From: a virus
Taxonomy: Duplodnaviria; Caudoviricetes
IMG/VR virus record: IMGVR_UViG_2772190757_000004
Span: 6,396 to 70,395 of that record
Strand: one strand, 5' to 3'
Length of the DNA: 64,000 bases
The notes below the pieces were generated by a model. That model made no database searches. It saw only the letters and a program-made list of their open reading frames with translations, and was not told the DNA's origin. Below, piece after piece: positions 17,372 to 26,872 of this stretch. The translations under genes were made by a program, and so were the position numbers. Position 1 is the first letter of the stretch. Each line of letters begins with the position of its first letter.

Positions 17372-17531
17372 CAGTCGACTCCTTCTCAGCGCCCTCGTCC
17401 GGATCCTCGGCCCACGCCTTGGGGTTGGTGATCGCCTGGGCCGCCCAGTCCGGCACCTCATCGTTTGGTCCGAACCACACCGACCCTTCAGGGCCGTCCA
17501 CGTTCACATATCGCGTCAGTTTCTTGGTCAT
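17313..17531 (-). CDS. Small post-capsid phage protein
   Basis: WFGPNDEVPDWAAQAITNPKAW motif. Confidence 0.65.
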   Translation of the reverse strand: MTKKLTRYVNVDGPEGSVWFGPNDEVPDWAAQAITNPKAWAEDPDEGAEKESTGGTGSTGRRRSASRSKSDD

Positions 17532-18571
17532 CACGCCGCCACATCCGCCACGAGGAGTTTCTTCGCGTCCGACAGGACCGGTTGCCCGACCGCATCGACA
17601 TAGGTCGTCTGCCGGAACGGAGGACCGTCCTTGATGACGACGCCGACGATGCCCGGCGCGTCGGAGAACGACAGGTCGGTCTTGCGGGAATCCAGCAGCT
17701 CGAGCGCGGTGGCGGTCAGGCCGTAGGCCATGAAACCCAGCTCGCCGAGGTTCTCCGGCAGGAAGATGACCTTGTCGTCCGCGATGACCCGGGTGTCGAC
17801 GCCGTCGACGTTCAGCTGCGTGTCGTACGGCGGACGCACGGTCGGCAGGGACTCGGACTCCAACAGGTCGTTGAGTTCGGTCACGGTGACGCGGGTGCGA
17901 CCTTGGGTCGCGCCGTGCACTGCGTCGATGACCTCCTTGTTGCGCTGCATCAACCGCAGCACCCGCAGCGAGGTCAGCATCGACGCCGGCCGAGTGCCGT
18001 TGGTGGTGTTCCAGACATCCGACCACGCCAGCAAATTCGTCAGGGGCGTGGCGTTGGTCAGATCGGTCCATGCCGTTCCTGGGGCGACCGCGTGGTTTGC
18101 GGGCATGCCGTAATCGGCGGTGGACTCGAACCCGTCATCGTTGATCGACAGGATGCCGTCGGTCAGGACGTCGCCCCACGCCAGTTCGACACGGTTAAGA
18201 ACCTCGCGGGTCAGGTTCTCGCCGTCGTTGTAGATGGCGTTCGCCAGGGCCTGCTTGAAGGTGCCGCCAGTGCGCGCGAACTCGAGCTGGAGTCGCTCGT
18301 ACTCGCCGACGCCGATCGAGGACGACAGCGGAGCGAGCGGGACGCGCTTCTCCGAGCCCACGTCGCGCTCGGAGACGTGGATGCGGCCATCGAAGCTGCG
18401 GTACTTCGCGGTGCGGTTCTTCTGCACGATCTCCGCGAAATCGATGGTGTTGGTGTCCTTGTACACCGTCGGGAACAGCGTCGACAGGGTGTTCACCGCG
18501 GGGGTGGGGACACGGCGGACGAACGTGGTGAGTGCGTCGGGAACGACCGGCGCGTCGAAGAGAATGGTCAT
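17531..18571 (-). CDS. Major capsid protein (lambda gpE-like family)
   Basis: 346 aa after decoration gene; GEYERLQL, DYG.PANH, VIADDKVIFLP, PVL. Confidence 0.9.
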   Translation of the reverse strand: MTILFDAPVVPDALTTFVRRVPTPAVNTLSTLFPTVYKDTNTIDFAEIVQKNRTAKYRSFDGRIHVSERDVGSEKRVPLAPLSSSIGVGEYERLQLEFARTGGTFKQALANAIYNDGENLTREVLNRVELAWGDVLTDGILSINDDGFESTADYGMPANHAVAPGTAWTDLTNATPLTNLLAWSDVWNTTNGTRPASMLTSLRVLRLMQRNKEVIDAVHGATQGRTRVTVTELNDLLESESLPTVRPPYDTQLNVDGVDTRVIADDKVIFLPENLGELGFMAYGLTATALELLDSRKTDLSFSDAPGIVGVVIKDGPPFRQTTYVDAVGQPVLSDAKKLLVADVAA

Positions 18572-18585
18572 TACTCCGGTCCTTC

Positions 18586-19302
18586 CTAGCTGTAGTGGAT
18601 GAGCTTGAGGTCAGTTTTCGCGTTCGCGTCGAGCCCGTGGTTGGTGGGCAACTTCGCCTCACGTACGAACCCGTGCACGACCAGGGCGCCACCAACGGTG
18701 GTCAGACCGGTCACACTCAGAGAGCTGAACAGATGCCCCGCGGCGACCTCGCGGCCATCGCTGGCCGAGTTGTCGTAAGGGCCATACCGTCCGGTCGCGG
18801 TGACCTTGCCGAGCACCACTCCGGAGGGGATGAACCCGTTGGGGTAGTGCGAGGTCGTACCGCCAGTGGCGGTCGCGACGTTCACCGACGGCGACGAACC
18901 GCCCGTAAGGCTGGCGCCGGATGCCGTCATCTGAGCGACATTCTGGTCAGCCAGCGCGCCAGCGAAGGTGACGGTGTACGGCCCACCGGCACTGCCAGTG
19001 ACGGTCACGTCACCGGTGCCGATGTTCGACAGAGCCACCAGCGCGGACTGCACCGCAGATGCTGCGGCGTTGAACGCGATGCCCGCGGTGGTTTGGCCGC
19101 TGTAGGTGAGGGTGAATGTTCCGCCGGTTGGAGATCCGGTGATAGTGACCGTCTGAACTTCGTCGACGTTCAGCTCAGTGAACAGCGAAACATCCAGGGT
19201 GATGGAGGGGTTCGCGCCCGGATCAATGCCATGGCTCGGCACGAGCCACGACCGGTTCTCAGCCTGGTATGAACCAGTCTGGGTGACCGCAATGGAGGTC
19301 AT
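18586..19302 (-). CDS. Head decoration protein with internal accessory domain
   Basis: NRSWL, SITLDVSLF, HYPNGFIPSGVVLGKVTATGRYGPYD, HGFV..AKLP; ~100-aa EVQTVTITG...GGTFTL insert. Confidence 0.8.
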   Translation of the reverse strand: MTSIAVTQTGSYQAENRSWLVPSHGIDPGANPSITLDVSLFTELNVDEVQTVTITGSPTGGTFTLTYSGQTTAGIAFNAAASAVQSALVALSNIGTGDVTVTGSAGGPYTVTFAGALADQNVAQMTASGASLTGGSSPSVNVATATGGTTSHYPNGFIPSGVVLGKVTATGRYGPYDNSASDGREVAAGHLFSSLSVTGLTTVGGALVVHGFVREAKLPTNHGLDANAKTDLKLIHYS

Positions 19303-19321
19303 TGCAGTTCCTTTCGTGTCG

Positions 19322-19927
19322 TCATGTCATCGCGCCGAATCGCCGGTCGGCTTCGGCTGACCCCTCGCTACGGCCGGACGTGCGCGTCGATGACGCGGTG
19401 CCCTGCTGTGGGTTGGGTTTCGGTCCCGATGGAGTGACCGCTGCATCCTGGATCGCTTTCAGCTCCAGCACGTCGGCGCGGATCTCTTCCTCGGTGGCAC
19501 CCGTGACACGCTTGACCAGCTTTGCGTCGGTCAAGCCCTCGTCGGATGCAATGGTGCGGCGCAGCAAGCCCAACTCTGCTTCTGCTGCCCTGGTTTCCGC
19601 CTCAGCCAGCTTGGTAGTCAGCTGCTCGGCCCGGCCGGTAGCTTTCTCCAGTTCGGACTTCTGCCCGTCCTCGAGTTGGGCCAGCTTCTCGGCGGCCGCC
19701 TTGTAGGCGTCGTAGTCCTTGTACTTGTCGGCGGCCCGAGCCAGACGGTCCCGAACGATGCGATCGACATCGTCTTGGCTGAACGATGCTGGTTTGTCGT
19801 CGGGGTTATCAGCTGGCGGTTTTTCGTCGCCGGATCCTCCCAGCACTGGCCAAATGGGCCCGCGCCGTCCGATGCCGATCGCCTGCAGACCAGTGGTCGG
19901 GTGGACAGGCAGTATCGTTGTGTTCAT
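19322..19927 (-). CDS. Capsid scaffolding protein
   Basis: FSQDDVDRIV..RLAR, KYKDYD, KSELEKA, GATEEEI coiled-coil pattern. Confidence 0.85.
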   Translation of the reverse strand: MNTTILPVHPTTGLQAIGIGRRGPIWPVLGGSGDEKPPADNPDDKPASFSQDDVDRIVRDRLARAADKYKDYDAYKAAAEKLAQLEDGQKSELEKATGRAEQLTTKLAEAETRAAEAELGLLRRTIASDEGLTDAKLVKRVTGATEEEIRADVLELKAIQDAAVTPSGPKPNPQQGTASSTRTSGRSEGSAEADRRFGAMT

Positions 19928-20004
19928 GCGTTTCTCCCGTGAGCCCGTCGGCATGCCATCCGTTTGAGCGCTGGATGTAGGCGCGTATCCCCTTGTTGGG
20001 GAAG

Positions 20005-20679
20005 CTATTTCGTGTCGTTGACCCGCATCGCGGTCAAAATCCCTGCGGTAGATCCGTCCGTTGCCTTGCGGGCGGCCTTGTATTCATCCGCCCACTTCTC
20101 GACGTACGAAGGCACCACGATGGGGCTGTCCGGTCGATCTGGCACGGCCATGCACCGGTCCCGGTCGTGAAAGTTCTCAGCGCTTCGCCGGTCGCGGTAA
20201 ACCGCACCCCGAATCGCCATCAGTCGGCAGAACGCGCACGCCGTCCCCGACGCGTAACGGGCGAATCGCACCCCTTCGGCCTCAGCGTTGAGCCGGATCG
20301 TGTCCCGAGATCCGTTGTAGATGTGACGTTGCCCAGCGCCGGTCAAGAGATCCAGAGGCGACGCATCGCCGACGCCGAACAGCGGGCCCGCCGCCCACCG
20401 TGCGGTAGCTTGCAGCTGCTCGATGGCAGCAGGCGCCGCAGCCACCGCTTGGAAGGGGGCACCTGGCGCGAGGTCGTCGTACCACACCGCGGCAACGTCA
20501 GCTGCTGCTGCCGAGTACGGCGTAACCACCTCCGGGTAGGCCTCTGCAAGCTCACGCATGGCCCGAGCCGGTTCCATGCCGTCGACGAGCCGCCAGAGTT
20601 CGCTGATGTCGGCTGCCGCGGCACGGGCGAGTTCGTCCAGGACTTCACGCAGGGCGTGTATTTCAGACGTTGTCGGCAT
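20005..20679 (-). CDS. Capsid maturation / MuF-like minor head protein
   Basis: After portal; WYDDL, ACAFCRLMAIRGAVY, FHDRDRC. Confidence 0.75.
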   Translation of the reverse strand: MPTTSEIHALREVLDELARAAAADISELWRLVDGMEPARAMRELAEAYPEVVTPYSAAAADVAAVWYDDLAPGAPFQAVAAAPAAIEQLQATARWAAGPLFGVGDASPLDLLTGAGQRHIYNGSRDTIRLNAEAEGVRFARYASGTACAFCRLMAIRGAVYRDRRSAENFHDRDRCMAVPDRPDSPIVVPSYVEKWADEYKAARKATDGSTAGILTAMRVNDTK

Positions 20680-22090
20680 CGGTGCCTACCGGCGCCGGGG
20701 CGGGTTGGGGCAGCCTGGAAAGCAACGTCGCCATTCCCGCGCGCCGCTTGTCGGCCGCTAGCCTTTTCTGGTCCTGCTGCGACAGGCCGATCCGGTCGTA
20801 CGTCACCGACGAGTCCGCTGGAAGCACGCCCGCGCCAACCAGTTTCGTAGCCTCGTCCGCCGCAGCGGCGCGCGTCGGGGTGGCTGGGTCCTGCCACTTC
20901 ACCGAGATCTTCCGCATGGCGTCACGGTCAGGCGCTGTTCCGTCGCGCCATGTCAGCGCCAGGGAGGCGACCTCCAGATACGCCCGGCTGAACGCACGCT
21001 GCCGGAACTCTGCCCGGGAGATCAGCCGCCGCTCCTCCCGGATGATCGCGTCGGCCGATGACGGATTGTCGGTGTGCACGCCCAGGCTCGCTGCGGGCAC
21101 GCCGGCTTCGGATGCAAGCCACAGTGCGTATGCGCGGATCTGCTCGATGTACGGAGTTGGCGGGGACGGGTTGAACTGCATCATCTGCGGCAGCGTGCCG
21201 TCCTCGGTGGCGGGAACGATGTTGAACCGGCCCATCATCGCCGACCACCCGGCTTGCTTCTTCTTCCAGTCCGGGTCGTCTTCCTTCACCCCGAACTGCT
21301 CTGGTGTCGCGCCCAGCGCGGCACGTTGGGGTGCGGTGTAGAACTCGCGGTTGACCTCCATGCCCAACAGGGTCCGTTGCGCCGCGTCGGTCAGGTAGCG
21401 GACAGCCCGGGTGATCTCAGAGCGGCCCATGATGTCGGAGGGACGCTCCAGGTTGACGAATCGGACTACTGGAACTCGATGAAGGCCGTGCCGGTCGCGG
21501 TCCACGATCGTGGACCGTCCCGTCTTCGGATCCGACTCCATCCGAATTGTGACGTCCGGCAGATACAGGGTCTCCAGCTTCAGCAGACCGCGATCGTCCA
21601 AGGTCTGCGAGATCGCCGAGACGAGCCTGCGCCGGCGCCGGTCGTACTCTCCGGTGGTGGTCGAGGCCGACTCTGCGGTGATGAGCACTGGCGGCTCGTC
21701 TACGTCCCCGCGGCCGACGATCGCGAACCCGACGCCGTTGGTCAGCGACTCGATGTTGATCTGACCCGACTCGACCTCGAGCTGGTTGTCAGCGTAGATC
21801 TCGTCCAACCCCATCGAGTCGCCGGTGGACGTCCACTCCAGAAAGTCCAGCCGCTCTCCTAGAGCGTTAACTACCGTCGACGGCCAACCCATCACCGTCT
21901 CCAGGTCCTTCAGCTGCGGGGGGATGGAGATGTCGAGCTGCCTCGGCCAATGGGTACCGTCGTAGTACTGCTGTTTGATCTCGTTGACGCCCCGCACGTA
22001 CTGCAGGCGCGCGCGCAGGTATCCCAGCGTCTCGCTCTCGTCTTCGCTGAGGCCCAGCGTCGGCAGGGCGATCGCGACAGCCAAGGTCAA
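20663..22090 (-). CDS. Portal protein
   Basis: TTG start overlapping terminase stop; YYDG, GWP, VPVVRFVN, GRSEIT, EFYTAPQR, NPSSADAI, WQDPATPT. Confidence 0.9.
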   Translation of the reverse strand: MTLAVAIALPTLGLSEDESETLGYLRARLQYVRGVNEIKQQYYDGTHWPRQLDISIPPQLKDLETVMGWPSTVVNALGERLDFLEWTSTGDSMGLDEIYADNQLEVESGQINIESLTNGVGFAIVGRGDVDEPPVLITAESASTTTGEYDRRRRRLVSAISQTLDDRGLLKLETLYLPDVTIRMESDPKTGRSTIVDRDRHGLHRVPVVRFVNLERPSDIMGRSEITRAVRYLTDAAQRTLLGMEVNREFYTAPQRAALGATPEQFGVKEDDPDWKKKQAGWSAMMGRFNIVPATEDGTLPQMMQFNPSPPTPYIEQIRAYALWLASEAGVPAASLGVHTDNPSSADAIIREERRLISRAEFRQRAFSRAYLEVASLALTWRDGTAPDRDAMRKISVKWQDPATPTRAAAADEATKLVGAGVLPADSSVTYDRIGLSQQDQKRLAADKRRAGMATLLSRLPQPAPAPVGTDADNV

Positions 22091-23508
22091 AGGGTCACCG
22101 CCTTCCGAACTTCGCTGCTGCGGCTGCGTTTCGTCGCTGTGGCCCCGAAAAGCGCCAACGTCATGGACACGATCGGGGCCAGAAGCACGGCGTCGTCGCG
22201 TCGATCCCAACCCCACCCGCCAGCGGTGCCGATCGCTCGTTTGCGCGCACCCTGCAGGGCTTGGTTCACCGATTCCTGGTTCGCGTGGGTGAAACGGCCA
22301 GCGTCGAACTTGCCGACGAACAAGCCGCAGGCCTTCGCCATATCCGGCGCGCTGGTCGTGATGACCCGCACCTTTCGGGCTCGCAGCGCCGGAGCCAATG
22401 AGGCCGCCGGGGAGGCGTTGTCGATCACCACCGGCGTCCGCCGCCCCGCCCGCTCGACGATCCAAGCCAGCGCAGCGTCCTCATCCACCCCGGCCCAGAC
22501 TTCTTCGCCGTGCGCATTATCGTCCTCGAGCCAACACGCTGACACGGAGAGTTCGCGACCGTGGGACATATCAACGCCCAGCGCGTCCGGCTTAACACCG
22601 TCCGCCGGACCGACGTCGGAGAAGTCCCGCCATGCTGACGCCTTGATAACCGCCTGATGCCGGGATACCTCGTCCCAGATCCCGAGGGCCTCACGAACGA
22701 ACGATGCCTCCGACAGGTTCTTCAGCATCCGCAACATCGCGCGCTCCGAAGTGCGGTGCGGGTACGAAGGGTTCGCTTTGCGCCACTGCTCCCGGTCGCG
22801 TGGATCACAACCGCGGTCGGCCGACAGCTCGATGTAGAGCGTGTCCTGCGATTCCCCATCGAGGGCTTCCTGGCGGAGCATCGTGAACACTTCACCGGGA
22901 TCGGTGGGCTTCGGCGGGGTGCCTACGATCAGGATCAGCGGATTTGCTGACACGTTCGTCGCCGGGGTCATGTCGTCCATCGCGGCCTCGGTGAGGATCT
23001 GCCCCTCGTCGAGCACCAGCACGTCGACCTTCGAGAAACCTCGGCCGAAGCCGCGTTCGCGTGCACCGAACAGGATCCGGGAGCCGTTACGGAACTCGAT
23101 CGCCTCGTCCCCGGCACCACGCAGGACTCGTTCGACGTAGGGTCTCATCGCCTTCCGGCGCGCCAACCCCTGCATCGTGGAGAAGACCTCCCGGGCGGTC
23201 TTGAACCGGTGCGCCGTCCACACCACCGTCAGGTTCGGGATGATGATGCACAGCGCGAACACGATCGCGCCCACCAGGTAGGTCTTGCCGACTTGCCGCG
23301 GGATCGAAATCACCACGGTATCCGCGGCGTACAGGCCATCGGCCCGCTTCGCCAGGATCAGCCGGCCCCCACCGTCTTGCCAGCCGTCGAAGCCAAGCCC
23401 GAGCCGGCCGCACGTATCCCGGACCGCTGGCCAACCCGTCGAAACGACACCCTTCGGCGCCACGACGTGGCGGGCGACCTCAGATAGCCGACTCGTCCCA
23501 GTCCTCAT
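22087..23508 (-). CDS. Terminase large subunit
   Basis: Walker A IPRQVGKT, Walker B VLVLDEGQ, GTPP, KANPS, REALGIW. Confidence 0.93.
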   Translation of the reverse strand: MRTGTSRLSEVARHVVAPKGVVSTGWPAVRDTCGRLGLGFDGWQDGGGRLILAKRADGLYAADTVVISIPRQVGKTYLVGAIVFALCIIIPNLTVVWTAHRFKTAREVFSTMQGLARRKAMRPYVERVLRGAGDEAIEFRNGSRILFGARERGFGRGFSKVDVLVLDEGQILTEAAMDDMTPATNVSANPLILIVGTPPKPTDPGEVFTMLRQEALDGESQDTLYIELSADRGCDPRDREQWRKANPSYPHRTSERAMLRMLKNLSEASFVREALGIWDEVSRHQAVIKASAWRDFSDVGPADGVKPDALGVDMSHGRELSVSACWLEDDNAHGEEVWAGVDEDAALAWIVERAGRRTPVVIDNASPAASLAPALRARKVRVITTSAPDMAKACGLFVGKFDAGRFTHANQESVNQALQGARKRAIGTAGGWGWDRRDDAVLLAPIVSMTLALFGATATKRSRSSEVRKAVTL

Positions 23509-23785
23509 CGGGTGTGGCTGCCGCCCGACCGACCGGGTCGTCGGTTGACGCCGAGTCGATCACCTCGATCTCTTTCGACAGCAGCGACAGTTGTCGGTGC
23601 AATGCCGCCTTCGCCGGGCCGTTCGCATCCTTCATGTCGACCACGATCTGCCGCCGTTGGGCCAGCAGGATCTGATAGTGGTCGCCATTCTCGACAGCCT
23701 CGGCCAGCGACATCGGTTTCTTCGCAGCGGGCGGCCGCTCATCATCGGCCACCGCTCGCAAGGGGCGCTTCGCCAACTCGGCCAC
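23480..23785 (-). CDS. Terminase small subunit
   Basis: 101 aa immediately upstream of TerL with RBS AGGAGG. Confidence 0.75.
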   Translation of the reverse strand: MAELAKRPLRAVADDERPPAAKKPMSLAEAVENGDHYQILLAQRRQIVVDMKDANGPAKAALHRQLSLLSKEIEVIDSASTDDPVGRAAATPDEDWDESAI

Positions 23786-23789
23786 CTCC

Positions 23790-23890
23790 TAGCGGAAACA
23801 GAAAAATCGTGGTGGGTAGATGGCCGCCTATGCCCGGAGCGGCGGATGGAGGCTAGAGGGAGGGTGGTGGCCCCTGGGCGGGATGCGGTG
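23790..23890. other. Probable cos/genome-end region
   Basis: Noncoding gap between packaging HNH and TerS, the usual position of cohesive ends; exact site not determinable. Confidence 0.45.
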
Positions 23891-23891
23891 A

Positions 23892-24188
23892 TCACCACGT
23901 TCGGGTTGTGACGAAGGTGCGTGGCGCGTTGGCTGCCGCAGTCTCTTCGTTGGTGGTGTCGGACTTCGCTCGGTTGCAGGCTCGGTGTGCTGGCTGCTTG
24001 TTGGCGAGGTCATCGGTGCCGCCCTTGTTGAGCGGGATGATGTGGTCGACGACGTACTCGCCTGGATCGAGGTGCGGGAGTGTGTAGTCGATGTCCTGCT
24101 TGCAGATGGCGCAAGGTGGTCGGCCGCGGCGAAGCAGTGCCCGGTGTTTATCGCGGGTTGCGGTGTTGCGAACGGTAACTGCAGCGAC
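23892..24188 (-). CDS. HNH endonuclease (terminase-associated), lacking a canonical start codon
   Basis: Manual translation: RNTATRDKHR..PPCAICKQDID..VVDHIIPLNKGGTDDLANKQPAHRACNRAKSD; preceded by an in-frame TAG. Confidence 0.8.
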   Translation of the reverse strand, partial: VAAVTVRNTATRDKHRALLRRGRPPCAICKQDIDYTLPHLDPGEYVVDHIIPLNKGGTDDLANKQPAHRACNRAKSDTTNEETAAANAPRTFVTTRTW

Positions 24189-25690
24189 CTATCCCGCGGA
24201 GCCGCTGCTGATCGCGCCCCACAGCAGGCGGGGCAGCATGAAGTCGTTGTAGCTGATGATGGTCCAGAGCAGCGGGAGCAGGGCGGTCACTGTTCACTCC
24301 TGTCACAAAACATACCGGCGAATCGAGGCTCACCGGGCGTTTCCCGAGCCTCAGTGGATGCCGAGGCGGTAGATCAGGTACTGCACGAGGCGGACAATCC
24401 ACCGGTCCAGCAGGTCAGGCATCGCCTTCGCCGGTCGCTGCGACGTGGGCGACGCCGATCATCGGGCCGAGGTCGCCGGTGGCGAGGGTGCGGCGCTGCA
24501 CGCCTGCCAGGACTGTTCCGGCAGGGACGCAGGCCAGGGCTTCGTCTACTGCTTGGCCGGCATCTTCGGCGGTGGCGGTGGAGTAGACGACATTGGTGTT
24601 GGAGTCGTAAACATCCCATACGGATTCAGGCTGGGTCATTGCTTCGCCTCCTGGATGATCTCGACGTTCTCGGCGAGGATGGCTACCGTGACGAGTTTCA
24701 GGGGCCAGCCCGGCACAGCCTCGGCGACGACGGGTCCTTGTTCGGTGATCTGCCAGGGGAATTCGACGCCGTCGATGTAGAGCTTGCTCTTGTCGTGGTC
24801 GATGGTGACGCGCTTGGCGAGTTCGGGCATCAGTTCCATCCTCGGGATTCGCGGCGCTCGGGCGGCAGGACACCGCGGCCGCCGGTGCCCCATCCACCGA
24901 CTACTCGGCCCGCTCGGTCGCGGATGGTGTGGTCCGGCATGGTGGTGTAGTGGGCCTCTTCCGTCACCCGTGGCCGGTAGATGCGGTGGGCCAACCGAAT
25001 CAGCTTGCCCGCCAATGCCTTACGCATCGACCTTGCCCAACCGATTGAAGGCCGCCACGACCACCGCCACCCGGCTACGCTGCTCCTGGCTGAGCGGCCC
25101 GTCCATGTCCGCAAAGGCGAACGCGGCGTCGAGTTCCGCGTCACTGAACGGCTCAGCGGCATCGAGGCGACGCGGGTCTGGAAACTGGAACATCGGCGGC
25201 AGGAACGGATTCACCACGTCCACTCCAGCATCGGTGTGACGTAGACCTGCTCGAGGGTCTTCGGGGGCGGGTGGCACCAGGAGCGGATGAGGGCGGCGAG
25301 ATCGAACATCAGGACTCCCTCGCGTAGAAGCGTCGGCATTCGGCAACGAACAGCCGTCTCAACCAGTGCCTGGCGCGCGAATTGCAGTAGAAGTGCCAGG
25401 CGCCTGCCGGGCGGAACTGCTGGCATTTCCAGCACCAAGCCCTCCGCGCTTCGACCATCAGGACCGGCTGGCCCAGTGCTCGTAGGCCGCCTGGATGTCG
25501 TCGGCGAGCGGGGCGAGGATCTGGTCGATAACGGCGTACAGGTCCATCAGGACTCCTCGGTGAGGTAGCGGTCGGCCCAATGCTCGGGGCACAGCCAGCC
25601 GCGCCGTTTGGGGTTCATGGCCGGGTCCATCAGCTCATGGAACGACAGATTCGCGCGGCGCCAGCAGTCCGAGCAGACAGGATCGGCCAC
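24189..25690 (-). CDS. Array of ten translationally coupled micro-ORFs (23-74 aa)
   Basis: 25547-25690, 25458-25547, 25309-25458, 25211-25309, 25020-25214, 24830-25027, 24636-24830, 24415-24639, 24351-24422, 24189-24290; mostly TGATG/ATGA/GTGA overlaps. Confidence 0.6.
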
Positions 25691-25720
25691 GGCACCTCCC
25701 TGCACTTGCCAGCTCGCATG

Positions 25721-25749
25721 CTCTATCGCATCTCTATCAGGGCTCTATC
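25721..25749. promoter_or_regulatory. Three phased CTCTATC direct repeats (11-bp period)
   Basis: CTCTATC at 25721, 25732 and 25743, upstream of the late micro-ORF/terminase operon. Confidence 0.65.
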
Positions 25750-25776
25750 GAACGTCTGTAGGGGCCGGTTTACAGA

Positions 25777-25992
25777 TCAGGAACGGCCCGCCGCGCGGCG
25801 GGTTTCCTTCTCGTAGCGGGCGAGGTCGATCAGCCGGTACAGCTTGCGGTGCTGCCGGTCCTCCCCCACGGCCTGAATCTTGCCCAGGGACGCCCATTTA
25901 CGGATCGTGGCTGCCTGTACCCCGAAGATCGCTGACGCTTCCACGGCGGAGAGTTTCTGGTCGAGGCCGTCGGTGGCGAGGATGGCGGTCAC
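25777..25992 (-). CDS. MerR/BldC-like winged HTH DNA-binding protein
   Basis: LSAVEASAIFGVQAATIRKWASLGKI...RKLYRLID. Confidence 0.8.
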   Translation of the reverse strand: MTAILATDGLDQKLSAVEASAIFGVQAATIRKWASLGKIQAVGEDRQHRKLYRLIDLARYEKETRRAAGRS

Positions 25993-26100
25993 AGCACCTC
26001 CCCAGAAACGACGAAACCCCCTCTGCGCTGGGCGAAGAAGGGGTGTAGGCATACGGGTAGTACTGCTTAGGTGTGAAAGTACCAGGTCACCCACCGGATG

Positions 26101-26775
26101 TCATGCTGCGGTGTCGCTGGCCAGCAGCGTGTCCAGCACGACGCGTGTGTAGAAGGGGTAGTGCTCTTCGCGGATGGTGTGACCGCAGGAGCCGCAGTCG
26201 ATGCTGTCGTAGGACTCGTGGCCTTCGGAGCGGCGTTGGACATCCAGCGCCCGGAACAGGGTGCGCAATTCGCAGGATGGGCATGGGGTGGGCAGGAGTT
26301 GGCGGGGGCGGGTGAGGCCGAGGCGGGAGCGGACCAGGCCGTGTAGGTCCCGCATCTCCACCGCCGTATCGCCACCGAACCCTGAGGCGGCGAGCCGGTC
26401 GATGCGGCACTCCAGATACGTCCAGGCGGCCCGTACGCGGGCGCGTTCGGCGACGCCGAGGTGTGGAGGTGGGGTGTCCCCGAGGTGGTCGGCGAGGGCA
26501 TCGTGGGTCCAGTTCAAGCTGGTCGCGATCTGAGCGGCCATATCGGACGCCCATTCCGCGGGGTGTCCGAAGACTTTGTCGGCGGTGCGGCGTTCCTGGC
26601 GTCCGCGGGCGGCCGGCAGGGGCAGGTTGGTGGTGAGGTTCACCCAGTCCATGACCAGCCAGCCGAGGAGGCGGGTGAAGCGGCGCTGGCATGGCTCGCA
26701 CATGCCGAGGGAGGTGAGGACGGGGTCGCCGTGCTGGTCGGCGCATCCCGGGTATGTGCATGGACTGATCCCCAT
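26101..26775 (-). CDS. Zn-finger protein, probable late-gene regulator
   Basis: CxxxxC/CxxC at N-terminus, PCPSC..CGSC at C-terminus; position before late operon. Confidence 0.6.
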   Translation of the reverse strand: MGISPCTYPGCADQHGDPVLTSLGMCEPCQRRFTRLLGWLVMDWVNLTTNLPLPAARGRQERRTADKVFGHPAEWASDMAAQIATSLNWTHDALADHLGDTPPPHLGVAERARVRAAWTYLECRIDRLAASGFGGDTAVEMRDLHGLVRSRLGLTRPRQLLPTPCPSCELRTLFRALDVQRRSEGHESYDSIDCGSCGHTIREEHYPFYTRVVLDTLLASDTAA

Positions 26776-26872
26776 CGAACCCCACCTCACAACTCGATTG
26801 CCGATCAGTTGCGAGTGTAGGGAAACCGGCTGTGGAACTCGAGCCGCCGCGCGATGCCGTTCAGCCCGGCCG

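Noticed and set aside
25748-25763. TCGAACGTCTGTAGGG as a LexA box
   Set aside because: Only the left half matches TCGAAC-N4-GTTCGA
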